From: a virus
Strand: one strand, 5' to 3'
IMG/VR virus record: IMGVR_UViG_3300034069_002177
Location: 46,907-110,906 of that record
Length of the DNA: 64,000 nucleotides
The position numbers and the translations under genes are program-made. The notes below the pieces were generated by a model, which saw only the letters and a program-made list of their open reading frames with translations, had not been told where the DNA came from and did not search any database. This document shows positions 47,260-57,668 of the stretch, one piece after another. Each line of letters starts with the position of its first letter. Position 1 is the first letter of the stretch.

Positions 47260-48345
47260 ATGGTATCCACGAACACGCGACCAGAGTCCATTGTTGACAA
47301 AAACGGTGTCGCGACTACTCGACACAAGAAGCTAGACAATGGAACTTCTACTAAGCGCAGCGGTGGCGCACCCGCCCCCAAACTTGCTGCTGGACAGAAC
47401 TCCCGTCCGTTTGCTAACGACACTCCAGCCGAGGTTGATGTTCCGCTTGCTGAGATTTATGGAAAGATTGCTTCCGAACGTGGAGCAATCAACCACGCCC
47501 GTTCCCAGATTGAAAATTATACGCGCCTTGTCGAAACCGAGATTGCCAAGGAAGCCAAGCGCGGTGTCGAAAATGGAAACGGTGGCTATTACGCTGATTC
47601 GTACCGTAACACCATCGGCAAGTTGCAACAAACCGTCAAAGAACATGAACCGCTTCTTGCCGAAGCTATCGAAGAAGCTGAGCCGTACGAAGATGAATTT
47701 GCCGCTCGCGGAGGATGGAGTCGCTTCTATCAGGTAAGTAACTCAAATGGTCACGTTCACCGCAGTATGAATTGCTCGACGTGTTACCCCACGACGGAGT
47801 TCTACTGGCATGCAGAGCGCTCCGGTTCTACTGACGCCGAAATTGTTGATGATGCCGGTGAGGACGCTTGTACCGTTTGCTTCCCCGACGCGCCCGTAGA
47901 AACACTATCCCGTCCTGGCAAGATGGAAACTCCTGATCGCACCAAGCAGCGTGAAGAGCGTGAAGCCCGCGCCGCGAAGAAGATCGCCGCAGATGCTGCC
48001 AAGGTTGCTAAGTCCATCACCAACCCAGACGGCTCGCCTCTTCGTCTCGGTAAATATGACCTTATCAAGACAGAACGAGCAGCGGAAATGGATTTTGTTG
48101 ATACAGCGCTCTACGCATACGCATACATCGACCCTGAAGAAGAAGGGTTCCGTAGAAACACCTGGCGCGATGAACAAGTCGAGAAGATGAGGCTTCTTTC
48201 GGCTGCGTTGGCTGCTAAGCGTGGAGTATCGCATGAAGAAATTTCTGAGTCCCTCAAGGCAAAGGCAGTCGGTAGGCTGAAGCGCGAGAACAAAGATCTC
48301 ATTGAGAAGTTCGAGCGTAATTTCAAGCCTTCCGATTTCGAGTGA
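47260..48345 (+). CDS. Cys/His-motif protein with DKNG leader
   Basis: SIVDKNGVATTRHK; GHVHRSMNCSTC...ACTVCFP. Confidence 0.85.
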   Translation: MVSTNTRPESIVDKNGVATTRHKKLDNGTSTKRSGGAPAPKLAAGQNSRPFANDTPAEVDVPLAEIYGKIASERGAINHARSQIENYTRLVETEIAKEAKRGVENGNGGYYADSYRNTIGKLQQTVKEHEPLLAEAIEEAEPYEDEFAARGGWSRFYQVSNSNGHVHRSMNCSTCYPTTEFYWHAERSGSTDAEIVDDAGEDACTVCFPDAPVETLSRPGKMETPDRTKQREEREARAAKKIAADAAKVAKSITNPDGSPLRLGKYDLIKTERAAEMDFVDTALYAYAYIDPEEEGFRRNTWRDEQVEKMRLLSAALAAKRGVSHEEISESLKAKAVGRLKRENKDLIEKFERNFKPSDFE

Positions 48346-48382
48346 TAGATTCATCTACAGACATAAGGGCTGACGCCTAGAA

Positions 48383-49174
48383 TTGGAGCACCACTACATG
48401 GATGCCATCGGCTTTTTCGGTTTCGAAATTGACGGTGACGTAAAACTGGCTAACGTTGAGTCTTCATACGAAGCATTCGCACCCCACTATCTTGACTGGA
48501 TACGTGAGGCGAATCGTGAAGATCTGCTCCGCATGGTTACAACGTTACAGACCGTTCCAAATAATGCTGACGATGATGAGATCGCTCAGGCATTCGGCTA
48601 CGCGAGTGCCGAAGACTTTTCCGAAAAGGTGGGAGCCTTCCCGGAAGGTGTACTTGACGAAGCATTGGGCAGCCCCAAGGATATGCTCTATAACGGCGTT
48701 GTCTACGGTACAACCAAGCCATCTGATTTTCGTCATGCTGAGTATGGATATGTCGTCAACCTCACACAAGGAACTTTGGATTGCTACATCGGTAATCAGC
48801 TAGCACCACATGATGAAGGTTTGTTCTTCATGGTTGCTCCGGTCACTGATTCAGGGACTATTGCGGAACACCACCACGTAGATTCAGTCGAAGTTTTTGC
48901 ACCTCGCCTTTACGCTAGTTACGATTGGGATAACCTGCCGTCTAAAGCTGAGTTTCTTGCTAACCACTACCGAGCCTTGATGTTGCAAGAAGACATGAAC
49001 AACTCTGCCATCACGAAAAGTAAGAAGACCAAGAAGAAACGTCATTCTCTTCTTGCGTTCGGAAGGAACAGGCCGGTCCTGGAAGATTCAGTCTGTGGCG
49101 CAATCGTAAAGTCGAATGGCAAGCCTTGTGTTCTTCGTGCAGGGCACGGAGGTAATCACCGATCTCGTATCTAG
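48383..49174 (+). CDS. hypothetical protein with C-terminal C2H2-like motif
   Basis: EYGYVVNL; ends CGAIVKSNGKPCVLRAGHGGNHRSRI. Confidence 0.75.
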   Translation: MEHHYMDAIGFFGFEIDGDVKLANVESSYEAFAPHYLDWIREANREDLLRMVTTLQTVPNNADDDEIAQAFGYASAEDFSEKVGAFPEGVLDEALGSPKDMLYNGVVYGTTKPSDFRHAEYGYVVNLTQGTLDCYIGNQLAPHDEGLFFMVAPVTDSGTIAEHHHVDSVEVFAPRLYASYDWDNLPSKAEFLANHYRALMLQEDMNNSAITKSKKTKKKRHSLLAFGRNRPVLEDSVCGAIVKSNGKPCVLRAGHGGNHRSRI

Positions 49175-50532
49175 GCGGCTACAGGCTGCGCCGTAACGCC
49201 ATTAGCATGGTTAGACACCCACGAGTCCATAGCGTCTTTCAAAGCCGTCCTGATTGATTCCTCGGTACTCTCAGAGGGTTTGATGGCTAGTGCTGCTGTA
49301 TTGAGGAACATCATTAGCTCATCGACGCTACTACGAGCTTCGACCCATTTCTGCAAGTCGTGGGGGATGGTAATAACGATTCGGTTATCGTCTACGGGCT
49401 TTTTCAAAGACTCCCGCGCAATCTCCGTTACTCGTTCCCAGAAACTTTCATTCTGACGAGTGGAACCGGAAGGTGCCTTGGTGAATGAGACCATCGTCTT
49501 GTTTTTGAGAGCGGTTTCATAGTCAAGCCAATGACGAATTACTTTGGGCAGCTTCTCTATTTCTTCGACCTCGCCTGTCTTCTTGTCTTGGATGCCGAAC
49601 TCCAAATTTCCCAATCGAACGATTTCTTGATTCTTAGCCAATGGTATGAAGAACTTAGACAGCTTGGGGTTGGCATTGATGAGCCGAAGGATGTCATGAG
49701 GGTTACGAACGTTGCCGTTGCCATCATCGTCGAGGTCACCATTTTCCTTGAACCACCCATTGTTGAACAGCGAACGAGGGAAACCGTGTTTGTAGGACTT
49801 GGTGAGGTAGCCGCTGACGACATTAGGGTCAAAAATTTCTTGCGCGGATATACCATTCTTACGGGTGGGGCGGGGGAGCTTTTCTGCTACGTGTGTGTCA
49901 ATCCAGCATCTTGCAAAGATATCTTCGACCTTCTTCATAGTGATTGCGGGGACACGAGCGCTGTACAGAATTACGATATTGCTGTGTGGGTTGATACCAG
50001 ATTCGGTGTAGCTGATTTCTGGCATGTGGATAACGCCCGCAATGCTCAGGCGCGTCTTCTCGGCTTGGTTGAGCTTAGAAAGGAACTTAGAGTATGCCTT
50101 GCCTTGTACCTTGATGAGTTCTTCATGGTCGAGGCGAGCGGCGCTACGGCTGGTAGCGACGATGAGTTGTGCTCGACCACCTTCCGCTTGCGTATTCCTG
50201 ATTAGAGCCTCTACCTGTCGCTCAGCGCGCATACCGTGCATCTGACCACAGTTGGGGCATGAAGAACGACCACACACGGACAGCTTGGAAAAGTTGGAAC
50301 TGATGATCTCGCCGGAGGCAGAAAGTGTCACGGTCTGGTCCGAAGTGTTGCCGTTTGAATAACGCTGACAATTACGAATGCGGGTAGAGCTACTGATTCG
50401 TCTCAGAACTTTTCTGGACGCGCTAATCTCGCGCCTGTAATCGGCAAAGGCTACTTTTGGTAGCGAAAGTTGAATGCTCTCGTCCTGAGAATCCTCGGGT
50501 GTGGATGAAGATGTCATCGTTCTGTCGAGCAC
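49171..50532 (-). CDS. divergent rolling-circle Rep (Rep_1-like) protein
   Basis: CGRSSCPNC, EISY..SGINPHSN (degenerate HUH), SGYLTK. Confidence 0.6.
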   Translation of the reverse strand: MLDRTMTSSSTPEDSQDESIQLSLPKVAFADYRREISASRKVLRRISSSTRIRNCQRYSNGNTSDQTVTLSASGEIISSNFSKLSVCGRSSCPNCGQMHGMRAERQVEALIRNTQAEGGRAQLIVATSRSAARLDHEELIKVQGKAYSKFLSKLNQAEKTRLSIAGVIHMPEISYTESGINPHSNIVILYSARVPAITMKKVEDIFARCWIDTHVAEKLPRPTRKNGISAQEIFDPNVVSGYLTKSYKHGFPRSLFNNGWFKENGDLDDDGNGNVRNPHDILRLINANPKLSKFFIPLAKNQEIVRLGNLEFGIQDKKTGEVEEIEKLPKVIRHWLDYETALKNKTMVSFTKAPSGSTRQNESFWERVTEIARESLKKPVDDNRIVITIPHDLQKWVEARSSVDELMMFLNTAALAIKPSESTEESIRTALKDAMDSWVSNHANGVTAQPVAA

Positions 50533-50676
50533 TCCCTTCGTAATCTGGTGTCGAAAACTAACCGTGGTTGGCGCTCTAAGCGACCTGTAACACGTTCGCC
50601 TTACGGTATCACCGAGAAGTCATTTCCGCTAGTTGATTTTCGTCCGAGTTTGGATGATTTTTCGGTCGTACCTGTG

Positions 50677-52197
50677 CTACGAAGACTGCTTTGTGAGACG
50701 GGTCTGAGCGAACTCGCGTTTTTCTTCGATGCTTTCCAGATCATCGAACGATTTAAGAACCGCTTGCTTGTCTTCTTGGCTCATTTCGGGAGTGAGAGAC
50801 TCTTGGACCATCGACCACACCTTCCATTCAGGGGCTTTACCGGCAGATTCTACGTTCTTAACAGTGGGGCGAATGATAGAGGTCTGCTTGTCATCATTGT
50901 AGGTACTGTGCTCTTTGATGGTGAGCTTGCTGATGTCGATAACTCCGCCTTCCCACACCTCCGGGGGATTGCTGGCACCCCATTTAATCAGATGGTTGTC
51001 TTCGTCTCGGAAAATCATTGTCGTTTTGTCACCGTAGTCGGTGGGATACGTTGCTCGGAACTCCAAAGTAAGCTTCATAGGCTTGATTATTTTGTCTCCC
51101 GGAGTACCAATCCATTCCTGATTGACTGGCGGCTTGCCTTCCTTGGCAATATCGGATGGCTTGTTGTTCTCGCGGTACCATGCAGAAACTGCGGAGGCAG
51201 CTATACCGACATGGCGTGCCTTTACCAACTCCATGTCCGTGTTGTTACCAGAACCAAAGACTGATTTGAGATTATCGATGTAGTCGCTACCGTTGTTTGA
51301 AGTGCTACGGACGTAAGCGATAACATCATCGACCTTTGCGGCGTCATACTTTTTGTCTTTTTCGCTCAGGGCGAGACTGACCTCATCAGCGGTCGCTTTG
51401 GTTGCCATCGTGCTGTTGGCGCGACTGATGTAATTGGCTCCATCATTGGTGAGGTTTAGAGCGACCCCGACAACATCACGAAGAGAGTAAGAAACTCCCG
51501 AATTGCTTCCAAGTGAGGAAGATTCTAGGTCCGAAAGACTGTCTTCAATTTTAGTGTCATTGAGAGTCCAGAGACCTTCGGGTCGAACACCCATGAACAA
51601 TTGCAAGCAGTTGGATCCGATTTGCTTGGTATCACCCTCAGGGTTGGTCACGGTGTAGATCCGTTCGCGGCGGCGGTTGGTGTGGCATTGGTCGCAGTGT
51701 GCGTCTTCAGGAACTTCGAAGTCTGCACCCTTGCCGTAGTAGCTGAGCACATCACCAGCAGGAGTGAATTCGTGTGTAGCGGTGAAGGTCCACTCGCCGT
51801 TGGAAATCGTTGGCTTATTGAGAGTGGCTACGATAACCTCTCGCGAGGTACCATCATTCTCATTGTGAATCACTTTGGATTCGAAACCGTACTCGAATCG
51901 ATCTTCGACACCAGCACGTTCAAGTCGATTATTTGCCATCTTGATAATGTGCTCGAACTTAGCCGAGTTATCTGCGGTGATCGTGTACTCCTGTACAGGA
52001 AGACTTGCTCTATCAAGGTTTTCACCATCCGCGTCAAATGTTTGTTCTAGAACAGCTTCGGCAGCGCGGGGAGGGGTGGCGCTTTTGATACGGTTCTTGA
52101 TGTCTTTCATGTTTGGCTTATCCGTGCTGCGGTGCACGGTGGTTGCCTTACCGTTTTTGTCAACGATAGGTGTGGGAACACGATTGGCGATAGACAT
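50677..52197 (-). CDS. phage-type protein (Zn motif, OB-like C-terminus) with DKNG leader
   Basis: PIVDKNGKATTVHR; CDQCHTNRRR..QIGSNCL; WIGTPGDK. Confidence 0.8.
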   Translation of the reverse strand: MSIANRVPTPIVDKNGKATTVHRSTDKPNMKDIKNRIKSATPPRAAEAVLEQTFDADGENLDRASLPVQEYTITADNSAKFEHIIKMANNRLERAGVEDRFEYGFESKVIHNENDGTSREVIVATLNKPTISNGEWTFTATHEFTPAGDVLSYYGKGADFEVPEDAHCDQCHTNRRRERIYTVTNPEGDTKQIGSNCLQLFMGVRPEGLWTLNDTKIEDSLSDLESSSLGSNSGVSYSLRDVVGVALNLTNDGANYISRANSTMATKATADEVSLALSEKDKKYDAAKVDDVIAYVRSTSNNGSDYIDNLKSVFGSGNNTDMELVKARHVGIAASAVSAWYRENNKPSDIAKEGKPPVNQEWIGTPGDKIIKPMKLTLEFRATYPTDYGDKTTMIFRDEDNHLIKWGASNPPEVWEGGVIDISKLTIKEHSTYNDDKQTSIIRPTVKNVESAGKAPEWKVWSMVQESLTPEMSQEDKQAVLKSFDDLESIEEKREFAQTRLTKQSS

Positions 52198-52223
52198 AAG
52201 TGAGTCCTCCTAGGAATACCTCT

Positions 52224-52245
52224 AGGTTACTCCGTACTAGCGACA
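52224..52245 (-). promoter_or_regulatory. PafBC/RecA-NDp-like promoter
   Basis: TGTCG-N11-TAACCT on the minus strand. Confidence 0.65.
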
Positions 52246-52851
52246 TCAGACCGCGTTGGATGCAAGACCGTTGAGTTCTGTTTTCAAAGTCAAAGTAATG
52301 TCGCTGAGCGCCACGTTCTGGCAATTCGCTGATGCGGCAATGAGAGCTAGGGAGGTAGTAGTGATGACTACCGCGTATTCGTATTCAGTAGATCCTAGTA
52401 TGGTCGGATTGGCGAATTCTTTCACTTCTGTACCGACGAGGAAGGGAAGAACGCTTCCATTGATGAATGATTGAATATAGCGGGCGAAAGGCTCTGGTTC
52501 GATATCAGCAAGTCTTGCTATTGCTGGTGCGTTATGAACAATGAGACGTTTCGTTTCGTTCCAGACATCCATCTTGAAGTCATTGTGGGATTCAAAAGAA
52601 CCGACAATACGTGTGCATAGCTTCACGCATGATGCGGCTAATACTCCCCACGGCATGACTTTGGTAACGAGACCGATGTTTGTTTGCACCATGTCGGAAT
52701 AGCCCATGACATCGTATTCGATGTGCCCTTTGTCATCAGCGCAATGCAATACCAACTCGGCTAGACCCACAGCGGTACCATACGTCAACTCATTGACGGG
52801 GATACCCTCGGGCTTGGCGGACGGTGTGCCCGTGCCGGTTACCTGCTGCAT
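52246..52851 (-). CDS. hypothetical protein
   Basis: 201-aa ORF. Confidence 0.65.
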   Translation of the reverse strand: MQQVTGTGTPSAKPEGIPVNELTYGTAVGLAELVLHCADDKGHIEYDVMGYSDMVQTNIGLVTKVMPWGVLAASCVKLCTRIVGSFESHNDFKMDVWNETKRLIVHNAPAIARLADIEPEPFARYIQSFINGSVLPFLVGTEVKEFANPTILGSTEYEYAVVITTTSLALIAASANCQNVALSDITLTLKTELNGLASNAV

Positions 52852-52954
52852 ATATGGAGGCTACACGAAACGGGCGGCGGCTGTCACAAAACACAAAATC
52901 ACCCAATGCGAGGAGAGAGCGCATTGGGTGATTTTGAGTATTCAGTTGTTAAAT

Positions 52955-54076
52955 TTATGCGGCGAGCTTCGGACGACCGACGCTACCACGACGCCAGTTC
53001 GGGAGTGCCTTGTCGAGCTTTGCCACCTTGTCAGACGACAGCTTGCCGTCCTTCAGGTACTTGCGGTTGCGAGTGATCCAGAATCCCATACGACGAACGT
53101 CAGGGTCTTCCGAGGTCGTGGCGGGGAATGAACCGTTCTGCTTGTAGTATTCGGCAGAAGACACCAGAGTGTCTTCCCACGAAGAAACGTTCGTCGGAGC
53201 CTTGATGTCCGCCCAGTTGGGGAGCGTCGAGGTGAATTCCTCCGTACGGCTTTCGAGTTCGCCTGCCGCAGCCTTGCGCTTCTGCTCGAAGAACCAGCGG
53301 GCGAGACGACGCTCGTCATCCTTTTCGGAGTTGACGGACGGAGCGTACTCGTTCTTCTCGAAGAATGCCTTGACGGCGGCGAGGTTGCGGCTCCACTTGC
53401 CGTCGTTACGAGACAGGTCGTTCCATGCAGGAACAGCCTTGTTGAGGCTGGCGGCACGTTCCTCGGTCATCTGACCCTTTCGGAACATACGACGCTGGTT
53501 GTTGAGCCAAGCAGCGAGGCGACGCTCTTCGTCGGACTCACACTCGAAGACCGGCTTGAAGCCGTTGTTATCGAGGAACTTGACGAGAAGTGCGAGGTTC
53601 TCGTCCCATGTCGGGTAGTGCGAGGCACGCGTCTGCTTCTCACGCTGCCACTCGTTCCAGCCCGGAATCTTTTCGTCGAGGATGGCAATGGAATCGAGAG
53701 AGGCTTCGCCGCGACGAGCCTGCGCCTTCTGGTTCGACATCCAGATGGCGAGTTTTCGCTCATCGTCATCATCAGACGATGAGACCGGAGTGCGGTCGCT
53801 CTTGGCGACGAATTCGAGATAGGCGGCGAGGTTGGTTCCGAAGCGGTCCGTCCGGCTACTCGTCTCGCGCCAGTGGGGAAGCTTTGCGTCGAGAAGGGCT
53901 GCACGGTCATCACGCATGTTGCCGGAGCGAAGTCGAACTCGCTGCATCGTGAACCACGACGCCAGGGTTGCTTCCTCGGGAATGGTGGATGACGGGTTGC
54001 GCCCGTTCTTATTGTAGAAATCGCTAACCTCAGCAAGACGATCCTGCCAAAGGTTTTCGCGCTCTTCGTTGTTCAT
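52955..54076 (-). CDS. helicase-associated (HA) domain repeat protein
   Basis: five repeats W..L.....F....P.....E..LA.W...QR...G......L....P.W; AGGAG RBS. Confidence 0.85.
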   Translation of the reverse strand: MNNEERENLWQDRLAEVSDFYNKNGRNPSSTIPEEATLASWFTMQRVRLRSGNMRDDRAALLDAKLPHWRETSSRTDRFGTNLAAYLEFVAKSDRTPVSSSDDDDERKLAIWMSNQKAQARRGEASLDSIAILDEKIPGWNEWQREKQTRASHYPTWDENLALLVKFLDNNGFKPVFECESDEERRLAAWLNNQRRMFRKGQMTEERAASLNKAVPAWNDLSRNDGKWSRNLAAVKAFFEKNEYAPSVNSEKDDERRLARWFFEQKRKAAAGELESRTEEFTSTLPNWADIKAPTNVSSWEDTLVSSAEYYKQNGSFPATTSEDPDVRRMGFWITRNRKYLKDGKLSSDKVAKLDKALPNWRRGSVGRPKLAA

Positions 54077-54239
54077 GTGGTTTCTCCTATTTTTGTGTAG
54101 CTTGCGACTGAGCCTACACTAAAAGTGTGAGATGCGCAAGTTATCAGAAAGGTGGCGTTTATGACAAGTTTCTGACGTAGGAGCTACGATACAAGAAGAA
54201 TCGCGGTTTTGTCAAGTCCCCTATTTCTGGGGACACAAA

Positions 54240-54674
54240 TTAACGAGTTCTGTGGTTGCCCGAGTGACCGCTTTTGAGGATGCAAGGGGCACCAACACTG
54301 TCTACCATAGTGTTGCAGACAGACTTCTCAGTCGCAACGCCCCTGGTAGAGAAGGTAGGAAGCACAGTCTTGATATCAGGCTGCAAGAACTCAGGGGTTT
54401 CCATTGCCGCTTCAAGGCTATCGAAACTTTCTGAGTTGAATTCCCCCGAAGAATTCAAGCGACCCGACTGGTACTTGGCATTGAATTCGGAGGGGTGACG
54501 CGTTACAACGACATTGTACTGCATATCAGGAGAGTAGCTGAGACCAACTACCCGGTCGTCAACAACATCAGCCGTCTCGTAGAGGTACCGCTGTAACGCG
54601 GACCTTCTATTAGCAGGACAAGTGGTGCGGAGGTAGAATTCGGTATCGACATCGGTAAGAGTTGCGGTGGACAT
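54240..54674 (-). CDS. hypothetical protein with C-terminal C2H2-like motif
   Basis: ends CNTMVDSVGAPCILKSGHSGNHRTR; GGAAGG RBS. Confidence 0.75.
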   Translation of the reverse strand: MSTATLTDVDTEFYLRTTCPANRRSALQRYLYETADVVDDRVVGLSYSPDMQYNVVVTRHPSEFNAKYQSGRLNSSGEFNSESFDSLEAAMETPEFLQPDIKTVLPTFSTRGVATEKSVCNTMVDSVGAPCILKSGHSGNHRTR

Positions 54675-54791
54675 GTTTGCATTCCTTCCCTATTGGGGTA
54701 TGGACAACTACCGTATTAGGATAACACTCTTAAAGGCTGAAATTGCGCAATCCGCTATTTGCTGGTAGGGTTGAGATGAATCGAGGTTGAG

Positions 54792-55562
54792 ATGACAACG
54801 CATTATGACACCCTAGGCGTTAGCCGTATGGCTACCAGCGCCGAGATTCGTAGCGCCTACCGTCACGAAATGCGTCTTCACCACCCCGACATGTCCAACA
54901 GCAATGGTGACCGCGCTGCTCAGATTACTCTTGCCTATGCTGTTCTTTCGGATGCAGCTAAGAAACGTTCTTACGATTACGATTTAGAGCGAACATCCCC
55001 CTACGCGCCCACCGTGTCAAATGCCAAGGCACCAGCTAGCCACCAGTACACAAGCGCCTCTACTAGCACAGCTAGTGCACCAAAGCGCACCGATCCCGTC
55101 ACTAATGTCGCGCCGCCGATGGAGTTTCATGATGCTACTCCGCCCAGTAAGCGCAAAAACAACAAGCGGGCTTCATTCTTTACTCGTGCATGGTCAACTA
55201 TCGGCGGCAAGATAGCGTTGTCACTGACAATAGCTGGATTTATCACTTGGGTTGCATCTGCAAGTATCAGCCTCAGTTCACTTGCAGGCACTCCTGTCGG
55301 GTTATCTGGTCTCGTCTCCGGCATTCTCATTCTGACCGTACTGGTTTTCATCATCAACCCAGTACGACACCCGTGGCTATCAATAGTGATTTTCGCTCTT
55401 GCGTTGGCTATCCCAATCGATCACATTAACAAAAGTGATGTCCTGCCCAACTTCCTTGAAGGACTCAGTGACAAGACGACAATCGCAATTACCATCACAT
55501 ATCTCGCAGCCCTGGGGACCAGGCTGTTCTTCGGACAGACTCGCCAAATCGCCAAGCGATAG
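54792..55562 (+). CDS. J-domain membrane protein
   Basis: HYDTLGV..IRSAYR..HHPD..AYAVLSD..RSYD; four C-terminal TMs. Confidence 0.9.
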   Translation: MTTHYDTLGVSRMATSAEIRSAYRHEMRLHHPDMSNSNGDRAAQITLAYAVLSDAAKKRSYDYDLERTSPYAPTVSNAKAPASHQYTSASTSTASAPKRTDPVTNVAPPMEFHDATPPSKRKNNKRASFFTRAWSTIGGKIALSLTIAGFITWVASASISLSSLAGTPVGLSGLVSGILILTVLVFIINPVRHPWLSIVIFALALAIPIDHINKSDVLPNFLEGLSDKTTIAITITYLAALGTRLFFGQTRQIAKR

Positions 55563-55605
55563 AAGTTACTTGCCCTAGAATGGTCTTCCACAGGAAGGCT
55601 ATGGC

Positions 55606-56154
55606 TTGTCAAAATCAAGGCACATAACCATCAACAACGTCTCCTTTGTAGTTGGTAGGACCATCGTCATTGCCTTCTTAGTGGGCGCATTTACGTTATT
55701 CGCAGCTACATTTTTCGTACCCCGTTTCATTTTTCACGCCCAGAACTATGTTGTCGTATCCGGGTCAATGGTTCCTGAAATCAATATCGGTGATATCGTG
55801 ATATCGGATACACATTACGATCCAGCGACCATCAAAGATGGCGACGTGGTGACCTATCTGACGAACGACCCCGATAACCCTTATGCTAATTCCACTATTG
55901 TCCATCGAGTGATTAGCGCCCAGCATAACCAAGACGGAACGAAATACAAGTTCGTCACCAAGGGTGATGCAAACCTATCCTCAGATATACCGATTACAGA
56001 ACTCGATATCACAGGGAAAGTGCTGTACAAAGTTCCGTACATTGGACTCGTGACAAATTCAGCCTACTCCGGTGACATCCTGCTATTCATCGGGCTACTA
56101 ATGGTAATGTTCGGGATAAGGCACGCTGAGCAAAGGAAAAGGCGCAAGAAATGA
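55606..56154 (+). CDS. signal peptidase I (SipW/ER-type)
   Basis: VSGSMVP, GDIV, IVHRVI, TKGDAN. Confidence 0.92.
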   Translation: MSKSRHITINNVSFVVGRTIVIAFLVGAFTLFAATFFVPRFIFHAQNYVVVSGSMVPEINIGDIVISDTHYDPATIKDGDVVTYLTNDPDNPYANSTIVHRVISAQHNQDGTKYKFVTKGDANLSSDIPITELDITGKVLYKVPYIGLVTNSAYSGDILLFIGLLMVMFGIRHAEQRKRRKK

Positions 56155-56252
56155 GAATGAGCAACAGGAAAAGACGAATCTTGGTAGGTGTCGTCGCAGC
56201 TATTGCAGGTGCCACGATGCTCGCCGGTACTTTGTCAACTTTTGTCCAATAG
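56151..56252 (+). CDS. 33-aa peptide resembling a bare signal peptide
   Basis: ATGA overlap with the peptidase; MRMSNRKRRILVGVVAAIAGATMLAGTLSTFVQ. Confidence 0.45.
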   Translation: MRMSNRKRRILVGVVAAIAGATMLAGTLSTFVQ

Positions 56253-56304
56253 CGAATCTTTCGCCACAATCGGCTGATAGGCTGCCATCAACACAAGGAG
56301 AATC

Positions 56305-56814
56305 ATGACCAACGATTGGTATGCACTAGACACTATCTCGGAGACCGGATTTTATGCCGTCGTCGTCACTGCGCCTGAGGCTCTCGTACCCATCGCTTCC
56401 GGTTATGCCAAGACTATCTCGGCGGGGCTGCATAGTAGGTTCTCCGACCGTATTTACCTTGGAGTGAGGCTGGCTCAGGAAGGTAGCGGAGCGGAGGGCG
56501 AGATTACCCCTGCCGAAGCTGATATCGTGACCAACTGGGTTGAAGGTGTCAAGCGACCACGTAGGTCTGGTAACAAGCCTCCCAAAAGCGCCATCATCTA
56601 CGTTGAACGTTTCGACAGACTCCCGGAAGAACTGGTAACTCTACTTACTCAGGAAAGTGGTGGCGATTTGAATGTTATCCTTGTAGGAGCAGTAGACGTA
56701 TCCACCCCTCCTAGCCCTGATTCACTTGCTCCTTTTGACGCGGTGCGCATCATCAATATTCCTTCCGAAGATGGCGACATCATTTCCACTGCTGAGGTTC
56801 AGCGAAAGGCTTAA
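56305..56814 (+). CDS. hypothetical protein
   Basis: AAGGAG RBS; IIYVERFD Walker-B-like segment only. Confidence 0.75.
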   Translation: MTNDWYALDTISETGFYAVVVTAPEALVPIASGYAKTISAGLHSRFSDRIYLGVRLAQEGSGAEGEITPAEADIVTNWVEGVKRPRRSGNKPPKSAIIYVERFDRLPEELVTLLTQESGGDLNVILVGAVDVSTPPSPDSLAPFDAVRIINIPSEDGDIISTAEVQRKA

Positions 56815-56851
56815 TCGCTACATCTAGCAAGAACTAAAGAAGGGCAAGGCG

Positions 56852-57121
56852 TTGAATACAGTCACTGACAGTGCCGCCGATGCCACCGTTTGGTCGGAGT
56901 CGGCAGGAATGATGGTGGACTTAGGTGGTCTACTCATCATTATGCTAGGTATCTATCTGCTAGCCAAGGGCGCGTTTCTCTTTTCCGCCGAGAAACGTCA
57001 TGACAAGAATTTCATTGAAGAATACGGGTCTAAGAAGCGAACACCGTTCTTCTTTTTGACGTTTGGCGTAGCGCTTATCGTGTCAGGAATCATCGTCGTT
57101 TTCGTTCCTTTTACAAGCTAA
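56852..57121 (+). CDS. small membrane protein
   Basis: two TM helices. Confidence 0.65.
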   Translation: MNTVTDSAADATVWSESAGMMVDLGGLLIIMLGIYLLAKGAFLFSAEKRHDKNFIEEYGSKKRTPFFFLTFGVALIVSGIIVVFVPFTS

Positions 57122-57271
57122 CCAGCTAACTACCAAACTAGCAGATTGTGACTTTTTAGCAATACATCGCAAACCGTTTACGGTGTCATTTGGTTGTGAC
57201 AAGATAGACCTCACAACAAAGCCGAGGGGTAATACCGCTCTCGGCTCCCACGAAAGTTCTAAGGAGAGTTT

Positions 57272-57541
57272 ATGAGTTTGGTACTAGATAAGATTGCAGA
57301 AGTTAAGGTGATTACTCGTCCGAGTTGCCAGCCTTGTAAAGCGACTATTCGTAAGTTCGGCTCATATGATCTCACCATCATCGACAGCGCAATCGAACGT
57401 GAAGAAGCCCTCGCTCTCGCCGCCGAGGTTGGTTACTTGGCAGCACCTATCGTAGTCGTTTACGCCGAGGATGGAACGATCATTGATCACTGGACAGGAT
57501 TCAACCCTGACCGTATCAATGCCGTTGTCGGTGCTAACTAG
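57272..57541 (+). CDS. nrdH: NrdH-like glutaredoxin
   Basis: CQPC, AAPIVV, HWTGFNPDRI. Confidence 0.9.
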   Translation: MSLVLDKIAEVKVITRPSCQPCKATIRKFGSYDLTIIDSAIEREEALALAAEVGYLAAPIVVVYAEDGTIIDHWTGFNPDRINAVVGAN

Positions 57542-57668
57542 GAGGTGATCCCTGTATCTCGGTTGCGGGTTTAGTAGTACCTGCGATAAACAGGGAAGCA
57601 CAGCTAGACCCGCAACTGTCAGGGTTCACCTTCTAGTCCACGATTCACCACTCATATAGGAGTAATAA

